A stretch of 62,092 bases of DNA from Phoronis australis (taxonomy: Eukaryota; Animalia; Phoronida), in the NCBI GenBank assembly GCA_002633005.1, contig NMRA01000914.1, positions 9,219 to 71,310 on the forward strand, in the 5' to 3' direction. Shown here piece after piece: positions 37,987 through 51,690 of the stretch. The translations under genes and the position numbers were made by a program. How positions within the stretch are numbered: position 1 is the first letter of the stretch; every line of letters begins with the position of its first letter. A model generated the notes under the pieces. It saw only the letters and a program-made list of their open reading frames with translations. It was not told the DNA's origin and did not search any database.

Positions 37987-38099
37987 CAGAGATTTCACGT
38001 CACTACTCCACATGTGTAACGTAGACGTCCATGACATATACACAAAGCAGTGGAGTCAGGTACAGGTCTTGTCTGATCTGTTTCCGAAACGGTAACAGG

Positions 38100-38215
38100 T
38101 CACTAATCCGAAGGCCCACTACTCCGAAAGAATTACACTACTCCGAAGGCCCATTACTCGGAAAGAAATACACTACTCCGAAGGTCCTCTACTCCGAAGG
38201 CTCAGTTACTCCGAG
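38100..38215. repeat. Short tandem array of (C/T)TACTCCGAA(GG) motifs
   Basis: About 7 copies at 16-21-bp spacing; one more near 38315. Confidence 0.75.
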
Positions 38216-39086
38216 AAAAAAACAGTACTATGGTTTTTTGATTTTTACGCGAAAACTGCTAAACCAATTTTCAAAATTTTAAAGCTATATTGATTCTTGA
38301 TTCTTCTAAAAACACTACTCCGAAAAACATCACTCTGAATTGAAAGTTCCCAAAAAGAGAGCTTCCCGATCTTCTCCGGTGCCGCTGTTTCCTTGACCTA
38401 TCACTCTTTCTTCCGTTGTTTTAAAATAATTGTGTGCCCAGTTTATGTTCCTCAATATTATAGCCAATGCTCAAAAACATTTCAGAATTTATCGTCATTG
38501 TTGCACGTTATTAAAATGGAAAATGTTTCCCATAACTAAACAAGTGTAATGACACACGGATTTCAAATTTGAACATCTGTCAAATTTTTGAAAGCCAAAT
38601 TCTGGTTTGCACGGGTTGATAAAGTCACGCACGAAGAATTGGGCTGAAATAGGAGTAAGAGGTCTGTTTCCAAGCCAAAATTGACCTTCAAAATTTTTCC
38701 CAATTTCATGAATTGGTTATTTATTTGTTACTTTTAGTACCAAAATATCCACGCAAAAAGCTCCTCGGGCGATAACAGCATCCACTCGGGATCTAGATTA
38801 CAGGGATAACGACTTTGCCATGTAATAATCTATATGAATTTCATGCCGTACAAAAGCTAAAACCGTGTTGAAAGGTTTGTGGCCTTTAAGAAAATGTACG
38901 CTTCTTGACTCGAGAATGTGACTTCGATAACATCTAGATGTGGGGATCTTAGCAACAAACTCAGGGATAAATGCATGGTACCTCGTTTGGTCAGTTCTTC
39001 ACGTCTGTGTCATTGAAAAGTGCAATTATTTGGAGTGCAGGAGTGTAACCCTACACGTCAGTGAAGCCAGTAAGTGAAAATATCAC

Positions 39087-39234
39087 CTGGGTTTGTGGCA
39101 TGGAATCGTACGATTGTGTAACCCCCGTCAGGGACAATGACAGTGTCCTTCTTGACAGAATTCCTCACTTTCCGCTTGATTTCCCCGTCACGTTCCATCT
39201 GTTTGACTTGCTCCACTGTTACAGAATTATTAAC
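39087..39234 (-). CDS. Laccase cassette B exon B3
   Basis: 148 nt, acceptor tttacag|, donor G|gtgata. VNNSVTVEQVKQMERDGEIKRKVRNSVKKDTVIVPDGGYTIVRFHATNPG; paralog of 50979-51126. Confidence 0.8.
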
Positions 39235-39692
39235 CTGTAAAAGACATCAATGCTCACCTCTTGTCAAGGTTTCCGTTTCCAATTCATAATTTTATAGCAT
39301 GTTAAATAAACGATGAGATCAAATTGTCAGTATCTAAGTCTACAGATCATGGTAACCATGTTTTTAGAAATTAAACTGGGGTAACTTTAGCAGACGATAA
39401 ACTGCTTACTTGAAGCAGACGATAAACTGCTTACTTTATCATTTACTGTGCATCTATTCTGTTACAATATAAATATTAGATCAGCAAATAAATATTCGCA
39501 TCACAAGATTTTAAAATGTTGAAATACCATTCAAATCAGACCGCAGCTTAATATGAGAAAAATTACTAAAAGACTCATTTTCAAGATCTTCATCTGACTC
39601 CATGCTAATAGAGTTTGGGTTCGACACTATTACCGGACCCTGTGAGACCGCCCAAGGGTCACCCCACGTTATTGACATGAGGTTGATCGTAC

Positions 39693-39880
39693 CTTTCGAA
39701 TCTCCAACACGTTGAAGGAGTACCCATGCAGGTGCATTGGGTGACTGGCATCGAATGTAACCCCTTTGTCAATCAGCACCAACTCAACCACGTGACCCAA
39801 CTTAATGTCGTACACATGTGTACATTCACAAATTCCTTAGTGCAGTTGGTTTTGAGCGTACGATCATTGCAAAATGATTC
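39693..39880 (-). pseudogene. Laccase cassette B exon B2 with a 1-bp frameshift (real or sequencing error)
   Basis: 188 nt vs 189 in A2; one T missing in the run at 39830-39832. Corrected it reads ESFCNDRTLKTNCTKEFCECTHVYDIKLGHVVELVLIDKGVTFDASHPMHLHGYSFNVLEIRK. Splice sites intact. Confidence 0.7.
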
Positions 39881-40121
39881 CTGGAGAGAAATGTATCGAC
39901 ATATTACAAGACGAAGCCAGCATATTCAATTCAATTGAAAACATTCATTGTGCGGGAATAGGTTCTCGCCAGCAGACCAGCGCATTCAGTCATGGTTTGT
40001 GAACTGTTACGGGCATGGAATGGCATATATGCAGTCCCAGTTCCTTCATATAAGCATACATATCTACCGCTACTTTTCTTACATCTTTACTTCGCTTTTT
40101 GGTTGCTGTCATGGCGCTACA

Positions 40122-40283
40122 CAGTAGCGGATTTAGAGGGGGGCGAAGAGGGCCATGCCCCTCCCCCCTAAAATTCTCTCAGATTCCATTTGGCAGTTCG
40201 GGGGTGAGAATGCCTGAAGGGCAAAATCCTGGTTAATACTCTGCCCTGGTCACCCCTAACACAAATTCGTGGATCCGCCCCTG
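40122..40283. mobile_element. MITE (CAGNNGCGGAT...ATCCGCCCCTG family), ~5-bp TSD
   Basis: Homologous to 48683-48843 (CCCCCTAAAATTCTC...CAAAATCCTGG.TAATACTCTGCCCTGG); flanks CTACA / CTATA. Confidence 0.7.
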
Positions 40284-42534
40284 CTATACCATTGCGCGCG
40301 TGTGAAAGTGGTGGCGTGGGTGAGTTGCTCGTCAGGCACTGTCGCTGCGAACTACGGTGAGAGAACAGACATTGACGTGTATGCGTGTACAAGCCGTAAA
40401 AAAACACGTAATGTAAAACGTCAGTCTTTCTGAGAAAAAGCTCAATGAATGTTTTTTTAATTTACGACCCAGAAGTTCACTGCCGGATTGTATTGCTTGA
40501 CCCGCTGTGCGGGTCTATTTTAACAATACCTTGTGGTACTGTTTTAACAAATAAACAGAAAAGCAAGACCGACGTCTGGGTTTACGGAGTGCATGTAGGC
40601 ACACCCTACAACATTATTTGATATTGAAATATTCAATGGCATACCATCCTCCATAAGTCCAGCCTTCAGTCTTGTTGAGGGAATAATACTTGTGGGTGAA
40701 TGAAGAAACGTCAAGAGGTTTGAGACATTTCAGTTTTGGCATTTTCAGTTTGGTCTTTGCGTATAATAAATCTAAAAAATGTGGGGCCACCGAATTAGTT
40801 TTTTCATAACAGCCTATTAAACAGGCATTTCTGGCAAAAATGTGACATTTAGAATTTTACATGAGTTACTGAAAGGCTTCCTCCAATTAAATTTAGGCTG
40901 TAGGGCCTTTTCGACATGTCAGGCTATTTAGCCAAATATCTATAAAATATAGATTTTAACTCGGTGAAAATGGAATGCCTACATAGTTTGAATGTTGTCT
41001 GTTTAATAATCTGTCATTAATTGGGTCTCGTGACTGCTTTTTAGCTAAAATTTAGCAAAAAAGACAGGTACATCGATAGCAAAACAACGGTGTCGACAAC
41101 AACAACATTTTGGATCATATAAATGCCCATAACAAAATCTCGTAAGCCTTGTTACAGTTTTATAAATTCCTATCTCATTTTCGTTTGATGCAGCTTTTGA
41201 AATTATCGTGAAAATCTTTTTGATAACCCCTGATCCCACATTCCAAAAATAACTATCATAGTTTGAGCGAACGATGCGTGAACCATGTTATCTGAAAGTT
41301 TCAAATGAATCCAATCAGCCGTTTTTGAGATATGATGTTCCGACGTTTGTCAAATTTGGACATTTTCTAGGGTCCTACATAACCTTCAGGCCTGATTGTT
41401 TTTCTTTATTTTTTTTTTGAAAACGGATTAATTTCGTTGTCCGATTTGAGTCTTATGTTTCACCGGCTTTAATCATATTGAATTTTATATAACCGTTTAC
41501 TGATTTTCTTGATTCTGGGGATCCGAAGTTTACCGTTTGGGTTTTTTACAAAAAGTTACTATTATCTTTAAGTGGAACTTGCTCGCTATCTCCTTATCTC
41601 TGTGATTGCTTGGTCAAATTAGTTAGAAACACAACATATAGCGACGATGTGAATATGAAATACGTTGACATTGCGAAAAGGTTCTAGGAACGGGTTTTGT
41701 GTCGAAAAGGATCCACCGTAAATCAATCAATCATGTCCAGTAAGTATCGTGACGTGGTGTTGGGGAATAAGACTGCATGATGCAGGATATGTGAGCCCCC
41801 GTGGTACATGTACGTCTTTAATGCAAAAATCACTTATTTGCAGAATTTTTTTGTTTTCATGTTTACAGGTTGCCAATGAGTACAGCTGCACTTTGTTTAG
41901 CGGAGATGATGTTGAACTACCATTGTTGTTTAGTTCCTGCTATACATGAGCATAGTTAGGAGCATGCAAATACAACTTTAACGACTTATTTCGATGTCCC
42001 ACGTATTTGCTACGTAACAGAAAAACATTAGGGTGCACCGACTTGTTTTTGAACAGCGTCACACAAGAAGACGTGCCGATTTGAAGATGCATTGCTGCAT
42101 TTCATTAGATGTCGATTATGTTATGTTGGAGGGATTGTGAAATAAATGTTATTGACGTAAATAAACTAAAACCGGAAGTTTCTTCTTTAATAAATTCAAA
42201 TTTTTCTTCACTTTATTTCATGTTTTTTCTAATGTTGGATATGGTGCCAGCTTGAAATTTAATGTCGCCCTCTATATTCAAGGCTTCAGCAACAAAAACT
42301 CTACGCAAATAAATATTTTCAAAACAAAGTAATCTGTTTTCTGAAATCCAAAATATTGTTCAATTATTTTATAAAGTATCCAATTTCCTAAAACAACAAC
42401 TGGTTTGCAGTTTTGTGGCAGACTGTGTCGAGCCTCCTCAATTAAATAACATTGCCTTATTTATTTGCCTTTTACAAGGTTCATTCACTTAGGGAAGCAC
42501 TCGAGTATTTATGACAACAGATGTCGTGACTCAC

Positions 42535-42825
42535 CTTTGGAACATCGTCTGGCTGAGACAGCGGTGGAGCTGGAGGAAGTGAGTTGGAAATATGGTTGAT
42601 CTGGGGCGTGTACAAATGTTCGTTTTTCTTTCTTACGGCGTAAATAGGGTAGTAATCGGGGTGGTGAAAATGGAGATTATCAATCTTGTTGAAGTCAAAA
42701 GCAATGTAGATCTGTTCATCTGCATCCTGAGTGTCAATCTCGTCGTTATCTTCTTGGTCTAGAGCATCTAACTGAGACACAGGAATGTTGTTCTCATCTC
42801 CAGCTGTGTTCAACGGGTTAAGAAG
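42535..42825 (-). CDS. Laccase cassette B exon B1
   Basis: 291 nt, phase 0-0, acceptor ttgcag|, donor AAG|gtgagt. LLNPLNTAGDENN...HFHHPDYYP...PPAPPLSQPDDVPK; same length as A1. Confidence 0.8.
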
Positions 42826-45743
42826 CTGCAAGTCAACGTAAATTGTATATATATGCATGTATTATGAAATTGAGGAGGGTTGGTTTCGGTCTTATCTGTC
42901 GGAGACAACTCATTTGTTAAGATATTCGAGATGTATCATGCAGTTCAGATTATGCGCTACTTGTCACGTAAGTAAACGTTAACAAACATATGTTATGCAG
43001 ACGATACTCCTATTTTGCTCAGATCAAACGAATTAGTAATTGTTTAAAGTCATGCATGTTTTGATTCGGTGGTGGATTGACAACAGGATGACGTTGAAAT
43101 TGATAACACTAAAAGTTTACGATCCTTTAGTCGTGGTAAAGCGAAAAAGTATTACATGTCACAACATCGTGATTCACCAAATTCAGAAATTATGACGTAT
43201 AAAATAATTTTAAGCATATCTTAGTTTCTGTTTAGGCAGTCATCTGTCGAGGGATAGAAATAAATCTTAGGCTCCTGGCAATGTGTTAAGCAAAACGGGA
43301 AGCAAACATCTTATTTAAAGAGGCATTTCGATCTGTTTAGTTGGTTAAAAACGACGATCGGCTTAGACCTTTCCCTTTCATAACTTCGGTTTCATAATAT
43401 TTCATGCCCTGATAGAATCCTATTTCCGATACTGAAAAGAACATCGAAACTGTCAGCGATTCAAGAAAACGCTTAGAGTTTTTTGGGGTCGGCTGAGGGA
43501 ATGTCTTAATCTCCAAAGCGCTTCGGTTAAGAATTCATAACTGACAGGCAAACAACAGCGTTTTCAAGCAGCGATAAAAAGTTGCTTTTTCAAGCTATAT
43601 ATGCAAACCCGAAACACGCAACATTTGGATACGGTCGCTGTCACGGCACCTTTTCTCGCGGCGATTGATAGCTTCAATACACAACGAGATATTTCTGTTC
43701 TGGGTACAGGGGTACACATGGTTTTCGCAATAAGAATCAAGGGCGGCCTTTGACAATTAGTCCGGGTACGACTCTACCTAGAATGGTGGCCATGATCTGT
43801 GACTTAAGCGAGGTTTGGTGGGAGCTTAATTCACCCTGTTTGAATGCTTGCGTCTCAGAGAAGCGAAAATCCGAAGAACCCCACACGGGGTTCACCTTCA
43901 CCTGACAAATGACAAGGTCACTGATGCGATATGTTCATGTAAAGCTGGGCATCTAACTTCAAGTTGAATTATCTGTACAATGACATAGATTTGAGGATCT
44001 TTCGAACAAAATCAGTGAAGATTCACCGATACTATTATTCCGCGTCTGCTAAATTCCGCCAAATGAAAAGTAGGTCACAACTGGTGGAACTCCCCGAGTA
44101 AAGTAGGTCGAGTCGATAAAACTGTTTACGCTTTTCTAATCTTCGAACGAAATATTTTCATTAAAATAACTCAGGTTCATAGCTCAAGTACACATTCATC
44201 TTGTGCTAGGAAAGCAGTTACCTCCGGTAGGTCTAGGGCTCTGTCCAAGTCAAATTAATGCACGTGTTTGTACCAATAAAACATTTAAATTAGGCTTATC
44301 TTCGCATTTTTGTAGTTTCATTGCATAAAGGTAGCTTTCAGCTAATTTCAAACGTAGCATCATCATTAAGCTGTGGTATGGTTACAAAAGATGACAAGTC
44401 TTATGTAGTTGCAAAAAATGGTTATTTACAAAAATAACTCAAATTCTTTTTAAAGCTTCATAAATCTAAATATCGTGTTTGAACAATTTCAAAATGAGCT
44501 CTCTCTAACTCTACAGGCAAAGTGTATACTACAGGTTCTCATCAAAAAGTAATTCAACTGTTTATTTTTTCGTGACAAAGTAGCTCGAAGAAGGCTTTGA
44601 GTTCAGAAATCCAGTGCCCCTCCCGTGCCGTTCGAATCTCTCAATTGTGGAGAGAAGTTCACTTGAACGCCAGCCCACGGGTATATGAATAACAAAAAAT
44701 ATACGACACAAAACGATGTCCATTAGGTCAAAATAAATGAAAACTAATAAAAATGTCCTTAAAACAACGGTTTCCGGGGACTACAGCAAGACTTGTGCCG
44801 AGACAAAGGCGGCCAGACGAGTGAAAGTCCGGAGTAGAAATCCGATAGGCCTACACTATAGCCACCAAACTGAAAAGTGCGTATCTTGGAACAAGTATAT
44901 TTGTGTTTAACCTTCGAGTAATTCATAGTTTACACCTTTCGACACCACTTTTCTTTATGGCTTAGGAGATGCCCAAAAATGAGGGGATATTCTTCTCGAG
45001 CTAAATAACAGCTGCCGGAATTACACACGCCATATCAACACTGTTTCACCATTCTTATCTCACAATTTGTCGATGCAGAAGCGATGAATATCTCCTCTGC
45101 ACGGTACAAGCCCTCAAACCTAAAAACCAAAGGTCACGTGAAAACAGACATGATAGATTTTCATTTCAACGCGTAATAAATTTCCGGAATACATACGATA
45201 GGGGGTAAACAATTAGTCTAATGGATATTTACGTACCCTTTGCCATGGCATAGGGCATGGATTGTAATGTCACTAACCAATATCGAGTTAAAAATTTAGC
45301 ATCCATTGATGTAACTGTCACTAATGAACCTGTTAGAAAACATTCCAAACAATAATACTGCTTTGATGTACGAAAAGATCCCGAGTGCTACGTCAAGTAT
45401 CCTAACACGCATCACGACTGGAGACTGCCGCGAAGTCGACATCGGCGAGTATCTCAGTTAAAAGGCATCAGTAGAATAAACATAGAATAATCGTTAAAAT
45501 AATCACAAACCTTACCTTTGTATGAGGTCTAGCTTACTTTCTCTCATAGAAGCACCCTTTTCACGCAATCTCAGAATCAGTTGGCACGCCTACAAGCCAT
45601 TTCACCATGTATTTAAAGATCTCGCGAAATCGAGGCTGTTAATCTATCACCACGAGTACACGCGCGCCCTCTAGTTAATGTAAATCTTCCGAATAGCCCC
45701 ATTTTAGGTGACCTCGTGATCAACGCACTGCATGAAAAATGCC

Positions 45744-47700
45744 ACAGCATTTAATTCATTGTCGTAGAATTTTTTAAAAAAAACCTATTTTTCCTTAATT
45801 TTGGTTGGTCTGTTAGAAGGTGGGTGAAAATCTTTTACAGTAATATTAAGTCTTGTGTTGTCGTAAATGGTCACCCATCTTCCTGGTTCAATGTTTCGCG
45901 TGGCTGCAGACAAGGTGACCCTTTGTCTCCCTACATTTTCATATTGTGCGCGGAGATTTTGGCGTATTTAATCAAGAATAATAAAAATATTGCTAGTATA
46001 GTTGCAGGAAATAAGGAATATTTGATTTCACAATATGCGGACAACACATCAACTACGTTGGTTGGGTCGAATTTGTCATTGACTAGCACATTGATTGTAC
46101 TACATTTGTTTGCTAGTGTATGTAGTGAATGTGGATAAACCAAAAGCCATATGGTTTTGAAGTAAAACTGGTAGTGATGACGTGATTCTTACAAAAGAAA
46201 GTCTGTCTTGGACAAAAAAATCTGAAAGATTGGGGTGGATTTTGACACTCAATTGGATAGTATGACGCATAAGAACTTTACTGCAAGAATAACTGAGATT
46301 AAGTCGACTAAATTTAACGCCGTTTGGTAGAGTAACTGTAATTAAAACATTAGCTATTTCTAAACTTAATTTTTTGTTGTCAAGTTTACCAAATCTACCA
46401 GTAAAAGTCTTGGATGAATTGGATACGACATTTTTTAGATTTGTGTGGCAGGATCGTAATGATAAAATTAAACGGCCTGTTTAGGACTTGATCAAGGGGG
46501 ATTTCAAATGGTTAATATGCATACTTTCAGAAAAGCTTTAAAACTCGCCATGGCTCGTAGATACCTTGAAAGCCCTGCGTCTAAAAATGGTGAATTACCG
46601 TACTCACTCTACCCGTTCTTAAAGAATTTTGCTTCATTTGGAGATGACTTTATTAAGTCGAAGTTAACTCTAATTGGTAATTCCTACTGGCGCAACGTAT
46701 TTGGAAGCATGGCATCTTTCTACAAGAAAATAATTGTTTCAAGTAAAGAGGACTTTTTGAATCAACCTTTGTGGTTTAACAGTAACTTGGTGATCGGAGG
46801 CACAAGTGTTTTTATAAGCCTTGGTTTGTAAAAAGCTTAAGATTTATTAGAGATATGTATACCTCTGATGGTGATTTCGTTAGTTTGAACCAAATGAAAC
46901 ATGGGTTCGACGTAAAAACCAACTTTGTAGAATATAATGGTGTTGTTTCCGTTCTAAGAAGGTTTCAAAAAAGTCTATTTCAAAGTAAATTTAAAAGTGT
47001 TAAATGTCTACTCTTCTTGCATGCCTTTAGCAATTACTCACTTACGGAAAAGATTTGAAGGGTTGTTCAGTCTTTAATGACGTTAAAAAACCTTCTAAGT
47101 CAGAGTGTAAATGGGAAATAGAGTTAGGAGGTAGTTTAGATTGGAAGAAAATATACGCATTGCCTTATGAAATTACAATGGATCCCAACATTAGATAGTT
47201 CCAATTAGAATTCTACACGGGATTATTGTAACAAATACCTTTTTAGTCGGGATTCTAATTTATGTTCCTTTTGTAATAAAGCTCCAGAGCGGCTGTCACA
47301 CCTTTTTTGGGAATGCCGCCTTGTACAAGATTTCTGGAAGGAATTCGGAAAGCTTCCCAACAGTCTTACTTACGAACATGTTATTCTTGGACTTTATGAG
47401 ACGCACGATTTTCTATTTAACATGTTGCTTCTAATAGCCAAACAGTACATTTACAAGGAGAGATGTCACAAAAATATACCTAATTTTCACAGGTTTGTTA
47501 CATATACTTATGAGTACTATAATGCTGAAAAATTAATTGCATATAAAAAATGGGAAAATTTCACTGTTCACGTTAACTCCATGTAGAAGTTGTTTACTTT
47601 ATACGAGATAGGAGAATGCTCTCTCCTGAGGTGTGCATGCGTGAATGAATGGATGTACTTATTTGTCGGTTTGTTTTTTTGTACTTGTTTATAAATACAC
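45744..47700 (+). mobile_element. 5'-truncated decayed Tx1/L1-like non-LTR retrotransposon (RT and C-terminal Zn knuckle)
   Basis: [15 protein letters not shown]...[23 protein letters not shown]...ISQYADNT (RT motifs); QPLWFNSNL; CSFCNKAPERLSHLFWEC at about 47263; many frameshifts and stops. Boundaries approximate. Confidence 0.88.
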
Positions 47701-48682
47701 AAAACGTTTTCTCTTTCAGTCTTGTCACCGTCATGGACGGTATCAACGTGAAAACAGTTGATCTCGCGTAAGTTCCCAACGTGAGTTTTAATTACCGATT
47801 TATCGTAAAAGATCGTTAAATTTATGCAACTTTATGTCGTTTTTAGAGAGTTACGTCACCCACGATACAGTGTAGCTCAGAGCATGCGTCTTAACAAGAA
47901 CATTTTCGCTGTCGTTAACTTGAGTTATTCCCATTTGATGTTGGCGGTTTTGTTTTGACATTGTTAGCACTGCATGGAGCTTTAAAAAGTTTCAGTTACC
48001 ATCTGCATTTACAAAAAATACAGCATCAGTAGAGGTGTTCTCTCTCAACAGTTTATTCAAAGACTGAAGACTAAGTTACACCTCATTCCAGGCACCGAGC
48101 TGCGGAGTTTTGCAAACAATCTATGTTTTGAAAGCTTTTAAATAGCATAATTGAATATTTAGTGAAAATACACGTGCTTAGGTTTTAGAATTTTTTTAAA
48201 ATCGAACAAGAAATGTGATTTTTATAACATAAAACTAGAAAATAGTCCATAGCGAGTATTCTTATCACAAATCAACAGTTGGACACTAAAGAAAGCCACG
48301 TGTTATCGTACAATTTTGGGCATCCAGAGGGTACACAAGAGAGCCATGATACCGCTGTTCATTGCAAAATAAGACCTCCCTGGTCTTAACTCAATCGATT
48401 TTGCGTTTCCCCCGCCCCCTCTTCATTGCAAAGTATCTCCAGATTGCTCTCTCCCTACCCCTCCGCCATGTCAAGTTATCTTTAAAGAGCGTCAAATCCA
48501 ACAGATCATGGCCTATCATTTTCTTGTTGAATAAGCGTCACCGCATAAGTGGACGAAGGTCTAGCCCAAACAAAAAACAGAACACAACGCTTACGTGTAC
48601 GTGGGCGTGAACCTGTGACCTCGGATGACTCGCATGACAGGGGTATATTAGGTAGGGAAACAGCGACTCTCCAGTTGAATAC

Positions 48683-48843
48683 CTATGGCGGATTTAACGG
48701 AGGGGGGGGTAAGGAGGCTCCCTCCCCCTAAAATTCTCCCATATTCCATTTGGCACTTTGGGGTTTCAAATGTCTGACGGTCAAAATCCTGGCTAATACT
48801 CTGCCCTGGCCCCCTCTAACTCAAAATCCTGGATCCGCCCCTG
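48683..48843. mobile_element. MITE, same family as 40122-40283, 5-bp TSD AATAC
   Basis: Internal homology to 40122-40283; end ATCCGCCCCTG; AATAC at 48678-48682 and 48844-48848. Confidence 0.72.
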
Positions 48844-48942
48844 AATACGTCCATCCTAAATCAGGATAAGTGCCCCCGAAATTCACAGCTCTTATGTTAG
48901 GTATTTAAATTCCCACGTTTTTCATTCTAATCTGTTCTAAAT

Positions 48943-49205
48943 CTATAGTTTGTCTAGTGTAGGTCCACAAGCACCAATGAGAACCAAAACTCCAGTCATT
49001 AGAAACAATGTAATATGTCCTTGTAAATTTGTAGAACGACTAGTCGTTTCACGCTCCTTTTCGTCAAGTTCCTGATAGGTGTATGGCCCACACTTGGGAA
49101 ATCCTTTGGGCACAGGGGGCAAGTCTTTCGTTTCACCCACCTTGAAGACCAAGCCCATTCCCACCTCAACGTGCCACTCCAAATGGCAATGAAAGAACCA
49201 GTAAC
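48943..49205 (-). CDS. Laccase-type multicopper oxidase, cassette A terminal exon (A4)
   Basis: Acceptor ttttgcag|. [17 protein letters not shown] (L4 motif, axial Met)...[24 protein letters not shown]. Confidence 0.92.
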
Positions 49206-50978
49206 CTGCAAAAAGTTTGCATCATCAGCAGGTTTCATTTACACATTCTTTGTCAGGCATGCTATGTTTTGTTTACTTTTATTTAACTGGATCATTTCTA
49301 AGTGATTTTGCCTATCAAGACTTTCAATAGTATGCAAGCAAAAGCAATACTTCGATCTTTGTGCGAAGTTGGAGTTTCTTTTCTTCAGAAGAGTCTCGTT
49401 GTGTAGACGTCTTATTTTTGTAAGCCCTGGAACTGCTAGTATGGTACAGATAACGTGCATGTGACCAGTTGAGTAAACATCATTTGGTGCATTTGGGTAG
49501 CAGTCCCTCCATACGGATTCTCATATGCCGGGTTTGCATGGACGTGCCCCCAGCTCAGGTGTACTTCCCCTCACAAGTATCGGTCGGTTCAAGTATAGTC
49601 ACAGATATGTATTTTGTCCCCTAATGTTTCGCCTTGTGTGGGTATTTTGGCTTTGTAGTATTGAAGGATTTTGCATCTTGCTGTTAAACGAAAAGATGAC
49701 GACCAGTGAGTCCACAAAAAGGTATTGTTTCCAGTGCTCATTTTTTTCTCATTTCTGTGTTATTCAGAAATTTGAATGTGAGGTGACATCATGTAGAATA
49801 GAATCTTGAATAGTTCATTCTGACAACTGGGGCAGTATATTAGCAGAAGTTTATGGCAAGCAAAAGTCTAACCTCATTCCGGTCGCCATTTTCTCAGTCC
49901 GAAGTAGTCTAGCTAAGTTACATTATAGGTGGCACAGAAAAGTTAGGCTGTGGCCGCGGCCAATTTGCTCTCCCAAAATGTTAAGAGCTAGGGCTAGACC
50001 AGGCTTGGGGGCATTTTTATTTAGGTATTGTGTGTAGGCCAAATGAATGTGGTTTTTTTGTATTTGTGAACATGCTGGGAATGAAAAAAGGCCAGTTTCT
50101 CGGCTGTAGCTGGACTCTTCTCCTAGATGGTGGCCCCCTGTTGCAGTTGTGCATTGCTGTGTAGCAACTGAGAAATTGGCCGCGATTTCAGGTAGCCCTC
50201 AAACAAGCCAGATTTGCAAAAAAAACTAGTTGGTTGACAGTACTTTTGGACCACATTTTTGGAATCGGTAGGAAATTTGTTTTCGGAATCTAATGTTGGC
50301 TTTAGTCGAGCATCGGCAGGAAAGTGGTGATTTTGGGGTGAAAAGTGCCGATTTTGCATTTTTTGCCCTCATTTTTCTTAGTTCAGCTTGGTTTCCACTG
50401 GGAGTGAAAGAGTCAAAAATGCAAGGGAGAATAAAGTTTCTGTGCTCATCTGTAGGGCTTCTGATGTGAAACGACTCAAAACATTTCCTTATTTGCATGC
50501 AGTTTTTGACAAAGTGAAGAAAGGGTGAAGAGTGCATAGACGTGTGTTCTGACAGGCGAACCACTGGGAGAACTGTTCTGTGCCTCCATAACGGTAATTA
50601 AACAATGTTACCCACGCTACCTATTGGACTATTTGGGTCAGCGCATGCTGTCGTATAGCGTTGGCCAAGTGCAACATAATTCCGATTTACTACTGTAATA
50701 ATTCGCGATTTATTCCAGTATTAATTTTTTAGCCAGGAATAATTATTGTACTAAACATTTATTACTGTAATTAATATTTATTCCAGTAATAAATCCTCGT
50801 ATCTGATTGGTTGATTTATTGGAGTAATATATATTTATTACAGTAATTATTCCTGCCTTCTAAGAGAGGTTTATTAATGAAATCAATCGGGGAATTGTTA
50901 CTGTAGTCAATATGACTTATGTCACACTTGGCTTACGATATTCGTACGCCATTAGTACTGAATTCTTGCGCATCTCAC

Positions 50979-51126
50979 CTGGGTTAGTGGCATGGAATCG
51001 TACGATTGTGAAACCTCCATCGGGTACAATGACGGTGTCTTTCTTGACGGAATTCCTCAATTTCCGCTTGATTTCTCCATCGCGATCCATCTGCTTTACT
51101 TTCTCTACTGTTACAGAATCATTGAT
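50979..51126 (-). CDS. Laccase cassette A exon A3
   Basis: 148 nt, phase 0-1. INDSVTVEKVKQMDRDGEIKRKLRNSVKKDTVIVPDGGFTIVRFHATNPG; donor G|gtgaga. Confidence 0.92.
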
Positions 51127-51358
51127 CTGGCAAAAATGATCAACACACAGAACATCAGTGTAAATAGTCTAAATTATTCCTCATTGACGGACCGAAGATG
51201 AATACCTCTACCGCAACGTACATGCACCAAACGACAAACAATAAAATACACCGTTAATCGACGTGACACGGGCAGTAATCGAAGTAAAGCCCAAATAAGT
51301 ACAGTGCACTGAAGGCGTGTGCAAGTGGTGGCGATTTGACCAATAAACTTCCGACCAA

Positions 51359-51455
51359 GCATGCGCATTGATGCCCACACACGGAATTCCGTGTGTCGTT
51401 CATCATGTTTCCACGGGACACTTTTCAGTTTAGGTGTCGCTGTGTTAGAGGGTAG
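51359..51455. repeat. Dispersed palindrome-containing repeat, copy 2 (intronic)
   Basis: Matches 2608-2705. Confidence 0.85.
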
Positions 51456-51501
51456 GTTTAAATCAGTTATCACTTATCCTCAAGCCACGCGCTTATCATA
51501 C

Positions 51502-51690
51502 CTTTCGAATGTCCACCACGCTGAAGGAATACCCGTGCAGGTGGAGAGGGTGACTAGCATTGAATGTAACCCCAACATCAATCAGTATTAACTCAACCAC
51601 GTGACCCAACTTGATGTCGTACAGATGTGTACATTCGCAAAAGTCTTCGGTACAGTTAGTTTTGACCGTACGGTCGTTGCAAAATGATTC
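51502..51690 (-). CDS. Laccase cassette A exon A2
   Basis: 189 nt, phase 0-0. ESFCNDRTVKTNCTEDFCECTHLY...ASHPLHLHGYSF (L3 motif); donor AAG|gtatga. Confidence 0.92.

Noticed and set aside
38100-38215. Repeat-spacer-like pattern reminiscent of CRISPR
   Set aside because: Repeats about 10 bp, spacers under 12 bp and themselves repeated, eukaryotic context, no cas genes.
45510-45610. Strong minus-strand donor (AAG|GTAAGG) that could be a private first exon for cassette B
   Set aside because: Upstream ATGs either hit stops or end in phase 2, which is incompatible with phase-0 B1; no signal peptide or laccase similarity.
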